Below are positions 24,045-37,837 of a stretch of DNA of 64,000 bases, one piece after another (the first letter of the stretch is position 1; every line of letters begins with the position of its first letter). The stretch comes from Octopus sinensis. Lineage: Eukaryota. The notes beneath the pieces were generated by a model. The model had not been told where the DNA came from, ran no database searches, and was given only the letters and a program-made list of their open reading frames with translations. Both the position numbers and the translations under genes were made by a program. The DNA is taken from positions 10,478,001-10,542,000 of the forward strand of contig NC_042999.1 in NCBI RefSeq assembly GCF_006345805.1, given 5' to 3'.

Positions 24045-24930
24045 AACCCATTGGTTTCATATCTAGTGTGAACTCGACATCTCGTCAGTCAGTTCTCTAA
24101 ACAATAACCGTTCTCTGCAAAGAATGTTTTTTTACACACAAGAATGCTGGTGATGGTTCAAGAAATAATCCTCTTAAAAAATTATGGATGGACGAGTTGT
24201 CTTCCTTTGCTTGATAGCTAGGTTTTCCAATTTTGAAGTAAAAATTTCTGAAAATGTGGACAACACCCCACGGCTTCCATCCTGGTGTTCAGGTAGCCTC
24301 CTGGCTTGTGGGTCCATAAAGATTATATATCTTTGTGCCATACACAATTTACACAGCCTTGTTCCATTGTCATAGAGTCCACAAGTTTCCAGTAATTTCC
24401 ACCTGTTGTTAAAGGGCGTATGATCATCCTTTAGGCACCATACGTATGCTGCGAGTGTCGTCGTGTTGCATCACTCCGGGACCCCGAAAGAAGATCTGTG
24501 GTTGTTCAGATGAATTTTAAATTTAGATTCACAAGATCCGACATAAATGTTAGTGTGTGTCCATGCGTTGGCGGCATTGATGTTACTGATATTTGTGCTG
24601 CTTCTGTCTGAGGCTACCTCTGCTTCGTACCCTGTAGCCTCAGTGTTACATCGGCCATCCACTGGGCATTCATTTCCAATCCTGCAGGAACAACCTACCC
24701 CTGTCCGTGGTTTAGGAGTGCTAAGTAGTTTTCATTGGGTGCACAACTGAAAGAGATCCTTAAATTATGTCTGTTAAAGATCTTTCTATATTTGTGTGAT
24801 CACGGGCAAATGCTTATCAACCAACCTAAGAAAAATCTTACCTATACTTGTCCAGACATTTAGGGAGAAGTGGGGAGTGAACCATAAGGTCTTGCGGTAG
24901 CGTTTCCTTTTGTGGTTACCCCATTCTTGG
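24045..24930 (-). mobile_element. Penelope-like element fragment (RT C-term/GIY-YIG endonuclease, 3' end with hammerhead relic)
   Basis: Minus strand: RKTLWFTPHFSLNVWTSIGKIFLRLVDKH, ...YVGSCESKFKIHLNNHRSSF, CKLC motifs. Confidence 0.85.
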
Positions 24931-25072
24931 TGTATATACTAAATAAAATAGAAATAAAGCAGGCACAAATAATTGGCTTTAGACATTTGTGCATTGTTGA
25001 CTTAAAGCTGTTTCATATCTGAATTTTGAGTGCATTCAGGGTTCATTTTAATTTTGTCAGTCCAATAAATTA

Positions 25073-25113
<41 letters not shown>

Positions 25114-25988
25114 AAAAATTATCTTGAATAAGTATCACATTTAAAATGTAAAAAATGTAGTTTGATTATTTTGAAATTATTTCCTTTGAAAATCTTTTCC
25201 CGAGTGATTTTCAAATATTTTCAGTATCAAAACACGTGTGTTTCTCTATTTGATATCATAATTAATCAACTGTCTTAGTCATTAGAGGTGGTTTTTTTTG
25301 TAGTTATTCTTATTTTTAATTGTATTTCAATAATTAATTACATAATTTGGGCCTCACAGAGGCAATGACGAAAGACCGAGACCTCTGGAGATATGATGTG
25401 ATTGAGAAGACCAGGCAAGGAAAGTGTCACATAACCAGCCCATTTAAAAAGTACCTTTGAATCATTGGGTGACATTCCGTGCTTAAGGGGACGTGACATT
25501 CCGTGCTTAAGGGGACCTATTGAGCTAAGTAAATCAAAATCTAAATCAAATCAAATCACAATCAAATGGAAATTACAGTTGTAGCTGTTACCTGTGCTTG
25601 TAGCACACGATAAGCACCATTCATTCATGCATGGACCGCTGGCTCCCCATGGCAGTGGCACATGAAAAGCACTATCCAAACGTGGTCGATGCCAGCACCA
25701 TCCCGACTGGCTCCTGTGCCAGTGGCATGTAAAAAGCACCATCCAAATGTGGCTGATGCCTGTACCACCTGACTGGCTCCCATGCTAGTGGAATGTAGAA
25801 AGCCCCCATTACACTCTTTGGAAGGGTGTCCAGCTGTAGAAACCTTGCCAGATCAGATTGGAGCTTAGTGCAGCCTTCTAGCTTGCCAGTCCTCAGTCAA
25901 ACCGTCCAACCCATGCCAGCATGGGAAATGGACATTAAAAAATGATAATGATGATGATTGTTGACCAAAATATTGTTTCCTTTTCTAG

Positions 25989-26131
25989 GCCATTCCTCCA
26001 GTTGACTTGGAACCTTGTCTCTGTGGAATACAACCATTTTTTAATGCTTCTGAAATCTCTGTAATAAGTTCTCCCAAAGGCACCATGATGGATTCTTATG
26101 TTATTCTTTTATCAAAAGTAACAGAACTGAA
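25989..26131 (+). CDS. HPS3: HPS3 coding exon 6 (AIPPVDLEPCLCGIQPFF...VILLSKVTEL)
   Basis: ttttctag acceptor, AA|gtaagt donor, phase 0-2; matches ACPPVSMDVCAL...IILLTK block. Confidence 0.9.
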
Positions 26132-26972
26132 GTAAGTGTCTCGTTTCTCATTCCTTTTGTTCAATTTAACCCTTTACTTACCATATTTCTGTCAAGATAT
26201 TCTAGCTTTGTTGCGATTAATTTTTTAAAATAATGAATAATTAAAGTCAACAGGTTTCTCATTAAGCTGGAGTTTGAAACCAAAATTAACCTAGAATTTC
26301 AATGGAAGTTTTTCGTTGACTTCACTTTAAAAACTGAGGTTTCTACCATAAAACCAGAAGCAGCATCAAAAGAATTAAAGCACACCATCGAAACAATTTG
26401 ACGACCAATTTTAAAGAAATTCTTATGAAATTATTGAATATTTGTCATTAAAACAATACATTTCCACCACTTTACTCTGCTGGGATGTTTTAATGGTTTT
26501 TTTTTGCTCAAATTTGAAAATTTGGATAATTTTAGAACAAGTGGTTCTACAACTTGTATACCTTTACCACCACCACTACCACCGTAGCTGCCACCACCAG
26601 TACTACTAATAATAATAAGGGTTTCTAGTTTTTCCACAAGGGCAGCCATTTTGGGGGAGGAGATGAGTCGATTACATCAACCCCAGTATTTATCTGGTAC
26701 TTGTTTTATTGACCCTGAAAGGATGAAAGGCAAAGTCGACCTTGGCAGAATTTGAACTCGGATCAGAGTGACGGGCAAATTACCTCTGAGCATTTCGTTT
26801 AGCAGGCTAACGATTCTGCCTGCTCGTCACCTTTATTATAATAATAATAATAATAATGACTCAAATCTGTGGCTTGGTTAGCTCTGACCAAACGGAACCC
26901 TCCCTCCCCCCACACATTGTCATGGAATTTCCAGTCATGACCATCTCTTCTTATTTTCTTTGGATAGTGTAT

Positions 26973-27352
26973 AGGCACAGGCATGGCTGTGTGGTTAAGA
27001 AGCTTGCTTCTGTACCATTGGTCTTGGGTTCAGTCCCATTGCATGGCACCTTGGGCATCCTCTATTATAGCCCCAGGCTAACAAGAGGCTTGTGAATGCA
27101 TTTGGTAGATGGAGACTGAAAGAAGCCCATCACATATGTGTGTGTGTGTTTGTAGCCATGTTTTGACACCATGTGATGGTTGTAAATGAGCGTCACTGTC
27201 ATACAGGCAGTGTTGTTCCTTTCCAGTTTAAGGAAACATTATGTTGTTTTGAAATAGGTGAAGGTTGATCACAGGAAAGGCACCCAGCTGTAGAAAATCT
27301 GCCTAAATAAAACTCTGCCCAACTCCTGCAAGCATGGAAAAGTGGATGTTAA
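26973..27352 (+). mobile_element. tRNA/CORE SINE variant whose 3' half ends in the RTE-type tail (related pieces ~1-200, 14560-14790, 15430-15800, 20960-21215)
   Basis: Same head as the OR-like SINE but ends ...aggaaagggcacccagctgtagaaa...gcatggaaaagtggatgttaa, shared with the RTE 3' end. Confidence 0.7.
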
Positions 27353-27708
27353 TCATTGGCAATGAGTAAACCCCAAAGGGTCTTATCAATTGGGTCATTT
27401 TTTTTAAAGACAGTTGGGTGTAGTTTGAAAGGAATATGGCTGCTATTTTTAGCAAATCAAAAAACCATGTAAAGTCCCTACAACTGTGTCAGTAAGAAAG
27501 GCCCCTATTTTCAGTGCAACAATTTACAGCAAACAGAGGAATGTACCTTGTTTTGCACTCCACCAGATGGCTATAGTTGTCCAGTATTTAAGAAATCATT
27601 TAAATTTTATAATTTTATAACTACAAGTTTAAAGTGCAATGCATTCTTGTAATGTATAATTGTATTACAGTTGTATATTAAAGAGAACCCAGGTCCGAAA
27701 TTCCCCAA

Positions 27709-27755
27709 GGCACCTGATGAAGGCTGGAGGGTACATCAGCTGAAACATTGTGTTA
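27709..27755 (+). ncRNA. Minimal type-I hammerhead motif, Penelope-LTR type
   Basis: cac-CTGATGA-a-ggctg(gagggtacat)cagct-GAAA-catt-gtg. Confidence 0.6.
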
Positions 27756-28542
27756 ACAACAAACAAGATGAGGACAAATATCCGTCAAATGTAAATAATG
27801 TATAATTGTATTGTTATTAATTCAATAACCAATATTGAATATTGTTGATGAGAAAAGGGTCTGTAAAACATATTTTAATGTCTTCTTCATTTCTCAACCA
27901 ACTTCTAAAATCTAATGTTTTCAGTTCTAAAATAACTTCTTCCAAGATCATCCTTGGCCAATTCCTTCAGCTATATGATGGAAATTGCAGTTGTGATACC
28001 TGTGCTGGTGGCACGTAAAAAGCACCAACCGAATGTGGCTGATGCCAGCGCCGCCTTGACTGGCTTCTGTGCCGGTGGCACATAAAAAGCACCAACCGAT
28101 CGTGGCCGTTTGCCAGCTCCATCTGGCACCTGTGCTGGTGGCACATAAAAAGCACCATCCGTTCGTGGCCGTTTGCCAGCTCCGTCTGGCACCTGTGCTG
28201 GTGGCACATAAAAAGCACCCACTACACTCTTGGAGTGGTTGGCGTTAGGAAGGGCATCCAGCTGCAGAAACACTGCCAGATCAGACTGGAGCTTGGTGCA
28301 GCCTCCTGGCTTCCCAGACTCTGGTCGAACCGTCCAACCCGTGCTAGCATGGAGAACGGATGTTAAACGATGATGATGATGATGACTGCTGACCCCTACA
28401 ACTGACATTTCCCCACACTGCAAACCCCTGTAGCTTACCCTGTAAATCCTTGCCCTCTCGCTCAGTTTTCATCCAATCCCTTGGACAATGTATCCTCATT
28501 TTCTGTTCCTGAATCTGTTTTTGTTTTTTCCCCCTTTTCCAG

Positions 28543-28606
28543 TGACACAATGTGGAGTTTGTATGCTCTGGAACCATATAGTGCAATGGATACTTACAAA
28601 GATTTG
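28543..28606 (+). CDS. HPS3: HPS3 coding exon 7 (NDTMWSLYALEPYSAMDTYKDL)
   Basis: Pyrimidine tract + ccag, TTG|gtaagt, phase 2-0; matches WNLY...LYKEM block. Confidence 0.88.
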
Positions 28607-31301
28607 GTAAGTGACTTTTGAGAAGTTTTGCTTAAGATTACAGCTGAATGCAAGAAAATAAAAGAGAAAATTAAACCGTATTAACCCTACTAATCACTAG
28701 TTTTAATCCTTTCCATTAAGATTATTTGAAGATATTATAAGTACAGCTTATTCAATGATTGGTGCTTGAAATAAGGGGTTTAAAAGATGTAATGTAAAAG
28801 GGGGAATTTTAGTGTTGAAGGGGTTTTAGTCTTGTGAACAGCATGTTGACCTCACTTGTGCCATGGAAAATAGCACCAAATACACTTTGTAAAGTGGTTG
28901 GTTTTAGGAAACTGTACATTCTTCAGATTCATATATTCTAAGCATTGTAGACTTCAATTTTGCCAAATAAATAAATAAATAAATAAATAGAAGGGACAGA
29001 CCTTCCTTGACTTTCCATAAGTTTTCAGTTTTGACTTGGCTTTGTTTCAGATTTATCTGAGATTGTGATTCTTCAACAAACTTGCCTATTTGTTTTAAAA
29101 CCATTTTGATCTAACCTCTCCTGAGACCATCCTTTGGTTCTGTGATACAATCTTCCTGTTTGAAAGTAATCTAAATTAGATTAAAAGTTAATTTAGGAAG
29201 GGCTGTAGAAACTTTGCCAGATCAGATTGGAGCTTGGTGCAGCCTTCTGGCTCACCACTCCTCAGTCAAACCATCCAACCCATGCCAGCATGGAAAGCAG
29301 ACGTTAAAAGATGATGGTGATGATGATGATGATCCCAAGCACCAGCTTAATTATGGTAAACTTACTTTAGTTACTTCTTTGTCATTTCTAATTTTAAAAG
29401 GCAATGGATTTCAACAGAAATATAATACCAAAAGAGGTTAAGAAGTAATCCTTCAAATCCTTGAGGCGACCACCACTTTGAACTATGTCTTTTATAGAAA
29501 GAATGAACAGCCTACATCATATTTATTCCTTTCAATCTTTTTTCTGATGATTTCTAGGATTATTTGACCTTCTTGAACAAAAACCAATTGGTAAAGTGAT
29601 TTATAATACTGTATTGTATCAATAATAATGATAATAATATGTTTTACTTTTATTATTATTATTATTAATTGTTATTTTTAATTAACTGTAATTCCTTGCA
29701 GAATGTCATTTGATGATTTCAAAATCTGATCCCCACCCCAAAATTATTCTTTTTGTTTGTTTTTCTATGATTTATCAGATGTGGGTAAGTAAATTATTTT
29801 TAGCAGACATTTCCTCTGTTGTCACTTGTTCAGCATGTAACATGGGCTTGAATTATGTTTTTTTTTTTTTGTTTCCGTCTTGTTTTTTTTCTCTGACAAT
29901 AGCTTGCTGTGTCTTTTTTTCTTGTTTCTTTTTGAAGCAATGCCGTAGTCGGTTCAGTTTCTTCTTGTAAGTCATTGCATTCTGACTTGTTATTGTGTTT
30001 TTATTTCCATTACTTGGCTTAATAATCACTACCCCACCTCCTGGTCCTTGGGTACTTTTCAGTAGGGTACCCTCTGTTGCAAGCATTCAGGCCAAGATTA
30101 CTTCCTCTTACTTCTTACAAATGCCCTGAAAAGGGTCTTCCTCATCAAAGTCATTAATTAGAAATTTCTTTATTAGTCTTTCCCCACCCCAACTTAATAA
30201 AATACTTAAGAAAAACCACAAAGTTTTTCATTTTGATATTCTCATTCTAAAGCATTTAGGATAAGAATCTGCACTCTATTGGCTTCCAGATAATTCATCT
30301 TTCGATATCGTAGTAACTCAAGAACATGAAACGGTTTTTAAGAATTCAGATATAAGACAAATCCTCTTTTTTTTTTAAGAAGTAAAACAAAAAAAAACAA
30401 AACAAAGTAAATCACAGATTTTGTTTATATTTTCATAAATTGCTTCCCATTTCAATCTTTGGCAGTTTTAACGAAAGAAGCAAATTAAAAGGCCAATTAG
30501 AATTGAGTAAGAATGTTTTGAAGAAGTCAGTCAATAATTACGTCTTCATCTACGTTCGATTTACTGAGTTCATACGACAAACCTCCTTTCACTCATTTCC
30601 ATTTGCACATTTCTTGCATGTAGGCATGGAATTTTATCTACCTAATGTGTGAATGTAGTGTGTGTGTGTGTGTTTGTGTATGTGTGTAATGTGTGAATGT
30701 AATGTATGCAGTGTGTGTTTGTGTGAATGTAATGTATGCGTGTGTATTTGTGTAATGTGTGCGTGTGTAATGAGTGAATGTAATGCATGTGTGTGTGTGT
30801 TTGTGCATTGTGGTTGCATGCCTAAAATGCCTTCCCCCAATCTTTCTCCCTCTCCACATCTTTCACTCCATCCTTCATCTTCACCCACGTTTCACCACTT
30901 CCACCCCTCACCTACCAAATTATCTCTCCTTCTCCACCACCATACACCTGCCCCTCCCACACTCATGCAACATCTACACACCCAAACTCCCTTTTCGCCT
31001 ATCCACACTTCCTTCTCACATCATACCTTGAGCCCTGTCCAGCATGGAATATGAACGTTAAGTGATGATGTTGATGTATGTGTGTGAAATAAACTGCCAA
31101 AGCACATTTTTCAAAGGGCCAGCCTCGTCACATTCTGTATCACACGAAAAATCTCAATGAGAATTATGCTGAACGTATGTGTAGCTGTGGAGCACTCAGC
31201 CATTTGCACGTTAATTTCATGGATCGGCTGTTTTTGTTGATTGGATCAACTGGAACCCTTTTCATAACCAATGGGGTGCCAGATTTATGTGTGTGAATAT
31301 G

Positions 31302-31500
31302 TACGAGGGGCTGTCGGAAAGTTCCTGCCTTGAATGGTCTCATGAAAGGCCTGGCTGGAGGTCCGACCTTCCAAGTTCTTTTACAAGGCCTTAGAAAACT
31401 GAAGGACCGCTGCAATAAGTGTGTGAATCTGAGAGGGGAAGGTGTTAAATGTAACAATTAACTGATCCTCTTGTATTTTCTTTTACCCAAAACCAAGAAC
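31302..31500 (+). mobile_element. Mariner-derived MITE (second copy ~13960-14156, opposite orientation)
   Basis: TA-CGAGGGG...GAAAGTTCCTG terminus and the transposase C-terminal relic LQGLRKLKDRCNKCVNLRGE. Confidence 0.75.
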
Positions 31501-31531
<31 letters not shown>

Positions 31532-34088
31532 GTGTGTGTGTGTGTGTGTGTTGTGTGTGTGTGTGTGTGTGCTTGTTTTTCTTCTCCAAATGAAAAAATA
31601 TTCAGGTGTGTGACGAAATGAACCCAGGCTTGAAGATTTGATGGTTGTACGAGAGATCTGATCCTGCTTCTCTGTTGTTTCAGTTTGTTCTCTTAGAATT
31701 AGGTTTGCTTAAAATGTCATCACATATTTTCTATAAATTCTCAGACATAGTTAGAAAATGATTGTGAGACTTCTAAGAAGCGACAATTAAAACATGTTTA
31801 ATTAAGATAAAGAAACTTATTACTAATAGGCTAAAGAAGATATTAGGACCATGTATTTGATGTTAATTATTTCACTCCGACCAACCCCTGTCTCCCTGTT
31901 GAGATGTGGCTTGCAGGTATGTCCCAACACTTCACCACCACCACTTTCTCTCCCCCCCACTTCTGGGTAGTGTAACCATGTGTCTCCTCTTCAGCAAGAC
32001 ACTTACCTCTGTCCCTCCATCATATTTTAGCCTCTCATCAACTGGCACGAAATCACCTTCCTCAATACTACAGGTTGAGGGGTCTTTGTCTCGCAGGGTA
32101 CTCGGCCACTCTGCAGGTACTGGTACCACATAAAAAAGCACCCAGTACACTCTGTAAAGTGGTCGGCATTAGGAAGGGCATCCAGCCATTGAAACTATAC
32201 CAGCATGGGAAATGGACATTACTTGATGATGATGTTTGTTCTTTGATGGAAGAAAGCTTTACCAGTTCCAAACTCTTTTACTTTGTATCTGCATGGAATT
32301 CATGTAACTTTGGTTAGGAATGAAATGGTTGGGATGTGAATTGTTTTGGTTTTGCATCCTAACTTTGTTCACCACGAATAGCCTCTAACACAACTCTATA
32401 AACCTGTAAATATTTGGTGTCTGTCTGCTATGATTTTGAATTAAATGTCTTTTTCTATGAAAGTATTAATTACTGGTATCTATTCTCCATATGTGAACGC
32501 CTGTGCCCTGGTGGTTAGGGCACAATCACTCACAATCACTCAATCAAGGGCTTCACTCCTGAAGCAGGTGTCACGTGGTGTTTCTTGAGCAAAACACTTA
32601 ATTCCACATTGCTCCTGCAGTCCACTCGGGCGTAAACGGGTCATTCTGCAACAGACTAGCCTTCCACTTGGGGTGAAATGTTGGCCTGCTCACCTTGCCA
32701 TTGGGGGTGGGTGGGGTTCATCCAAAAGCTAAAACAATGTGAAGCGCATTGTGACCAGTGATGTATAACAACATCCAAAATAGTCTATTTGATGCTGTGA
32801 TTTTCCATCTCCTCCTCTCTTTGTATCTTGAGAGAATCCGTTGACCAACATTTTAATCTTTCTTCCCCAGCCACTCCCACAGACTCTTGTATAATGCAAG
32901 GTAGAGCCATTTATCTCTTCTATAGCAAGGCATCATACTTGAACCCCTCAGTGTCTGGTGTAAAAGCCCCTCCCCCTCTACTATACTCTCACTCAGTGGA
33001 AAGGTTCTCTTTTGTATTGAAATTTACTTGGTGATGGTCTCACTATGGAGTACCCAGTACATTCTGTAAAGTGGTCGGGGTTAGGAAGGGCACCCGGCTG
33101 TAGCAACCCTGCCAAAGTAGATATTGGTGCTAAATGCAGTCCTCCTGCTCATTCGTGCCAGAATGGATGACAAACGGTAAAGGATGATGACGATGATGTC
33201 ACATTGGAGATCAGGAAGCTAAAAATACTCACCACCATCTTTATTCAACATCCCTTTTTCTCTGCTGGCATGGGTTGGAATGGATTAAAAGCAGCCAATG
33301 AGCCAATGGAGGAATAGGGGAGAGAGAGAGGGAGAAGAGTGTGACAAGTGAACTGAAATGGGGATTGAGGGGTTGAAGAAGAAACGAGGAGGGAGTCTGG
33401 AAGGAGGTGATGAGGAACAGTAATAGGGGAAACCTTGTGAAGTGTTGGGGTGGAAATAAGGTGTTGTTATAGTGACTGAATGAGTTGTATCAGGGTTAGA
33501 AAAAGAGGGACTGTAAATATGATTTCTGTTTCTGTAAAATCAAAGTTAAGGGGTTACCTAAGTCAGTATTGTTTATTGCGATACCAGAACATATTTAGGG
33601 AGCAGAAATAGGGCCAGGGATGGTGGATAATATATTAATCAATGAGGTATCTGGGGTTTGATTTGAGTTGAAACTTTATAAGTAACGAATCAAAATAATT
33701 GGATAAAATATGAATGTTATTACAGAAAATTAATTAGGGATTGTTTGGGAGTGGATGCTATGAATTTGATTAGAAGACTAAATGTTTAATTAAAAATTTC
33801 AAAAAGCAAGTTCAAATGCTTTTTAATGTAGCAATTAAACTTTTGTTAGAGAAATATATCATGAACTAATTATCTAATTATGGTCTTTAAATATTATTTT
33901 ACTTTTAAATTAATTAGGAAGAGCATGAGGGACATCATTGCTTGCAATTTAACGAACCTTGTACTACATTATTAAGTCTTGGTGTATCTCATTGTAACAG
34001 AATTAAAATAAAAATAGCCATCTATATATCATAATGTATATACACCATAATGTATGTATGCCATCTATGTATCATAATTTAGTGTATG

Positions 34089-34289
34089 TATACACCGTTG
34101 AAGGAGAGGATGCTGTGGTTCTTTTGTCTGAGATAAGTTCCAAGAAGGCCAAAAAGTGTCCGATGCTCTCACGAGTCATTGCTGAGACAATATTTGCCTT
34201 GCTCTAATATTGTTTTTTACTTGACATCTCCCTGTAAAGATTTTCTTTCAGACAAAAACCACAGCCCCATTGCCTTTTAATGTTGTATA
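34089..34289. mobile_element. TA-flanked MITE with ~40-bp imperfect terminal inverted repeats
   Basis: tatacaccgttgaagg...gctgtggttcttttgtctga versus tcagacaaaaaccacagc...ccttttaatgttgtata. Confidence 0.5.
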
Positions 34290-34751
34290 TATTAATATGG
34301 TTCACAGTTGGCTATTTCATTATCAAGTCTGTTCTATAGAAATGCATTTTCTCATCAAATTGTCTGAATGTTCACTGATCTTTTGCTGAATCTGTTGCAC
34401 CTTCTTACTAACAACAGAAATGAAACGAAAGTGTTTTTACATTTTAAATGTTTTTTGCCTCTGAATCTTGATGGGTTGGTCGTTTCTTCAAATCTATAAA
34501 TTAACAAAAGTTGTTAGAGCCTCTATCTTGACTATTGGATTCTAATTGCTTTATGAAAAGATGGAAATATGATGCCTGGATAATGTATAAAACTGGTGAA
34601 ATCAATTTTGTTTAGGTAAAGACTTTGACAATTCCAGTTTTCTGAAGTTTTTAATCTTACTTAATGATTCTTAATTTACTTTGGATTAATTGACTTGTCT
34701 CATGGAATTCTTTCTTTCAGTTCTAAACATCAATTCTACACACACACACAC

Positions 34752-34786
<35 letters not shown>

Positions 34787-37094
34787 TGACTTTTCTTCAG
34801 CAACCAGTAAATAGTTAATAACTAGTAGCCATAGTAACCATTTAAAAAAAAATATATGTATTAAGAAACAGTTTGTGTTAACTGGAGTAGATGGGTTCAT
34901 CTCATCACTGCATGTGTGTGTGTGTAGGGGGAGCACTGCCATTACCATCATTTTTACAATGGCCTTTCTCTTGTGGTTGGCAGCTTCTGGTGGAGGAAGG
35001 GGTTTCATATTATTTGCTCTTGTTTGAGTTTCTTGTTACCATGTACGTCCATCTGGGATCTTGGAGTGCAGGAGGTCACGGTGCTTCTTGGAATCATCTC
35101 TCCCCACCTTATGGAGATTTTCCAGGTGTTTTTGGCCAGACATTACATAGCTGTAGACCTTTGATTTGCCGTATCTGGTCCTTATTTAGATGGAATGGGT
35201 GGGACCTTTGCAACAGTGTAGTGGCATCCTGTTCAGGGGCTGGTGTAACTCTCTTTGCCAAAGTTTGGTGCTGCCTTCCATACTCGGCATCTTTACAATA
35301 TCACATTCCATTTTTAATTCACTTTTAATGTTTCTTAATAAATGTGATGAAACGATCATATTTTTGTGGCTTCAGCTTTGCTTTTTCCTTTGTGAAATCA
35401 GTTTTATTTGGTTTGTTGTGTTGCCTTTTTTCCCCCCCTCAATGACTTCATTTCGATGTTTTATCCCCCCCCCAGCTATTATCAGGCATTCACGTATGGT
35501 GTTTCATACACACCTATACATTTGCATACAACTGAGCTTCCATACAAAACCAATGAGAACTTCATACGTCCACCTGCTTCCTCAGCTTGTCCCCATTCGT
35601 ATCAAACAGTTGACCCCTGGCCAGCTTCATTCCCCTCCATCCTCTCCACTCTCTCTCGCTGCTGTTGCTTTCCATCCTGCATCTCATCATCACCCTCTCT
35701 CTCTCTCCAATCAACTCATTCTCATTGCCTTCACACTCGACCAGTTCTTGGCAAATATTTTACTTTTTCTCCCTTCCTCTTTCACAATCCTCTCAGTCTC
35801 TCTCTCTCTCTCTTCACGAGAGCGTGAGTGCATCGTTTTATTCCTCTAAAATAATTATTACAGGAGAACTGAGTCACAGCAGAATCAACTCAAAGTTGAA
35901 GGTTTGTATTTTGAATATAAAGAAAGACAGTTTTCCTTAGCATCTTCTTTCAATGGTCCAGTCTGTTTGGCTGTAAATGGGTACCATACTAGCTACCACC
36001 ATTTGTGAACCTAATTATATAGCACACCTTATTAAGCAAATTCTCCAAGTACAAAATACCCTGACTAACCTTGGTTAGTCAGGGTATTAGAGATAGATAT
36101 AGAAATGGTTGAAAGAATTCTTGATCTTAAATCTCTTTCCAATGCAATTTCACGATTGGTCACAAAATGGCATCAGATTTGCAGCGAAAAATTAACCAAG
36201 AAGTCAGGATAAATCTCTAGTTTTAATTTGTCATTGTCCCCATCAATATCTACCGATCTTGAACTATCTGGGTCCTACATTAGTCAAAGAGGTCTATTGG
36301 TTTATGTTGCCCCTTCCAACAAGGTGCACACCTGAACATAGTTGTTTGTAGAAGACTAGCAGATGGCCATACATGATAGCAGTCTCTCTCTCTCTCTCTC
36401 TTCGGCTACCAGGCACCAGTGCCATCATAGCCATTACAACAACAACCACCCCCCCCCAAAAAAATGATCCTTAAACAGTGTCACCAATCAATCATCCAAG
36501 ATTGGTAGTTTTTTTTTTCTTTCTTTTTTGGTCTAGAGAGGCTGGAAGGCAAAATGAACCTTGGCAGAATTTGAACTCAAAGCCTGGAAACTCCGAGCAA
36601 ATACTGTGGAGCAATGCATCCAGTGACTCTGACAATTAATTACTTTTATTACTATCTTCAATATCCGCAATATGATTTGTGACGGAAGCTATTGAAAATA
36701 TGATGGATTAACGATAACAGTTGAACTATTTAGAATTATAGAATAGCTGAACGGTTTTTAATAAATAGATTAATGTAGAAATTATGCAGAGAGATTTATG
36801 TATCAGTTATATTCTGTGATTGTTTTGTTATTAACTCATCAATATCGACATATTCTCTACAATGTCGATAGTTTGATATTGTCTTCATCTCTGGCTGCTG
36901 TCAAGTGAAGATGGAAATGGATTTTAGTGATCCTGAAAAGAATTGCCTTAGTATTAGTATTATTATTTCCCTTTTTTATTGACAATGCATTTTTATCTTT
37001 AATTTTGACAATAATAATAAAAACTGAAATTGTATAATTTTTCACAATAACACCTATTTATTCTCATAATATTCTGGTAAACTCAAGTGGGAAT

Positions 37095-37445
37095 ATGCTG
37101 ATTTGTTGTCAGAGAATGTCTCTTCTCTTTAGATGATGTGCATTGATAACACATGTGATTCATCGATGTCAGGGGACTTTCAGACACTGTTCTGTTTCAA
37201 CCTTCTTGTGTGTCTCCTCAGTCTAAACTATACCTCCAGACCAATGAATCTACCGACCTCTTCTTTATAAAAATCAGCAGCCAAATTATCTGCTGATGCC
37301 TGCCAACAGATTATAATTGATGGGGTACACACAGAACAGGGAGAGTTCAAACAATAACATATCTGTTCATTCTTAATACATCCAGGCAAATTCAAACATG
37401 AAGATCTGATTGTTGTTGTTTTTCATCAGAACATCATCTCCCTTA
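37095..37445 (-). repeat. Dispersed inverted copy (about one unit, spanning the junction) of the 335-bp hammerhead repeat
   Basis: Reverse complement matches units at 7.4-8.1 kb, including aga-CTGAGGA-gacacacaagaaggtt-GAAA-cagaacagt-GTC. Confidence 0.75.
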
Positions 37446-37664
37446 ATTAATTTTTTCAATTCCACTGAAGTAAAATTTATCCAGGTAAAAACTGGGGACA
37501 ACAATCCCTCATTAAACCTGGTTTAAATTTTATTTCTCTTTTACTCCCTTTAACAGTTGTGATATTTAATCCCAAACAAGATCTGCAATCCTCTTGGAGA
37601 TTCTTTCTCTTCTCTTTTTGTTGAGGAAAGTTCCAATGACTTTTTTCTTTGAAATTTCTTTTAG

Positions 37665-37837
37665 ATTGTATTCTCTACGAAATATCAAGACAGCGTTCAA
37701 GAAGCATACCTTCATGTGCTCCAAGAAGCCAACCTGATTCTGAGGGGTCCAGTCGTAGACTCTGAGATCGAATATTTAGAAGAATATCAAAATTTATTTG
37801 CCGAATCCTGCCAGAAACTCGGAGATTTCTATGCCTG
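37665..37837 (+). CDS. HPS3: HPS3 coding exon 8 (IVFSTKYQD...HVLQEANLILR...ESCQKLGDFYA)
   Basis: ttttag acceptor, TG|gtagtt donor, phase 0-2; strong match to HLLSEAHLLVR...ESCGHLGDCY. Confidence 0.92.

Noticed and set aside
35190-35849. 219-aa ORF in intron 7
   Set aside because: Low-complexity pyrimidine-rich sequence with no recognisable domain or splice support.
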